This document shows, in pieces, positions 63,512 through 64,000 of a stretch of DNA of 64,000 nt. This DNA is from an uncultured cyanobacterium (lineage in GTDB: Bacteria > Cyanobacteriota > Cyanobacteriia > Phormidesmidales > Phormidesmidaceae). A program made the position numbers and the translations under genes. The notes under the pieces were generated by a model. That model ran no database searches, was not told the DNA's origin, and worked only from the letters and a program-made list of their open reading frames with translations. Location: positions 128,001 to 192,000 of the forward strand of contig CAWBZI010000001.1 of the NCBI GenBank assembly GCA_963793265.1, written 5' to 3'. Numbering within the stretch: position 1 is the first letter of the stretch; the number at the start of each line of letters is the position of its first letter.

Positions 63512-63598
63512 CTTTTTAAAGGCAGCTACGTACGCTAAGTCATAATGCTTGCGCAGGTATTTTTTGAGTGCGAGATGCCATTGGCGTTTCAATAATTG

Positions 63599-64000
63599 CT
63601 AGTCGGGTGACGAGGCAACCATACTTAGGGCCACGGCCTCTGCTACCTTAATGCCGTCAACCGCAGCCGAGAGAATACCGCCTGCGTAGCCTGCACCTTC
63701 TCCTGCTGGGTAAAGTCCTTGGGTATTTAAGCTTTGGAAGATGTCATTGCGTTTAATGCGGATAGGCGAAGAGGTTCGTGTTTCTACACCTGTAAGGACG
63801 GCATCGTTCATCGCAAAGCCTTTGATTTGTTTGTCAAAGGCGGGGATGGCTTCGCGGATAGCAGCGATCGCATACTCCGGCAAACTCTCACTCAAATCAC
63901 CTAAGTGCACCCCAGGCCGATAAGACGGCTTCACCTCACCCAGCTTAATTGAAGGTCTGTCAGCCAAAAAGTCTCCGACTAGCTGTCCGGGAGCCTCGTA
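63599..64000 (-). CDS. C-terminal part of an NAD(P)/FAD-dependent oxidoreductase; starts beyond the window
   Basis: GVETRTSSPIRI and LYPAGEGAGYAGGILSAAVDG. Confidence 0.88.
   Translation of the reverse strand, partial: YEAPGQLVGDFLADRPSIKLGEVKPSYRPGVHLGDLSESLPEYAIAAIREAIPAFDKQIKGFAMNDAVLTGVETRTSSPIRIKRNDIFQSLNTQGLYPAGEGAGYAGGILSAAVDGIKVAEAVALSMVASSPD

Noticed and set aside
63354..63545. 63-aa ORF after gatB
   Set aside because: No recognisable family or ribosome-binding site, and it reads through a promoter-like element and a terminator.

Overview
Cyanobacterial chromosomal window. Evidence for the taxon: very dense HIP1 octamer GCGATCGC, plus ndhF1/ndhD1, nblA, an OCP N-terminal-domain protein and hetR. 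It most resembles a non-heterocystous Leptolyngbya-like lineage, but that is inference. Most genes are housekeeping: nnr, ftsH, murA, lpdA, trpC, ndhF1, ndhD1, ftsW, ccdA/ccsB, rfbCDAB with glycosyltransferases, dps, gatB and two tRNA-Leu genes. Stand-out observations: (1) a Hen1-Pnkp RNA-repair operon whose Pnkp is an in-frame kinase-ligase fusion with no central phosphatase domain, followed by an Lhr-type helicase and a vapBC pair; (2) a patX-like gene with two RGSGR motifs directly upstream of a hetR in which two acidic RGSGR-contacting positions appear to be Asn; (3) a Deinococcus/Thermus-like CrtI; (4) an apparently inactive RAYT-like HUH protein; (5) a fused MNT-HEPN ORF; (6) a ~60-nt sRNA candidate after gatB; (7) a recurring G-rich to C-rich switch centred on HIP1 sites. 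Family assignments come from motif recognition and recalled sequences, not from database searches.
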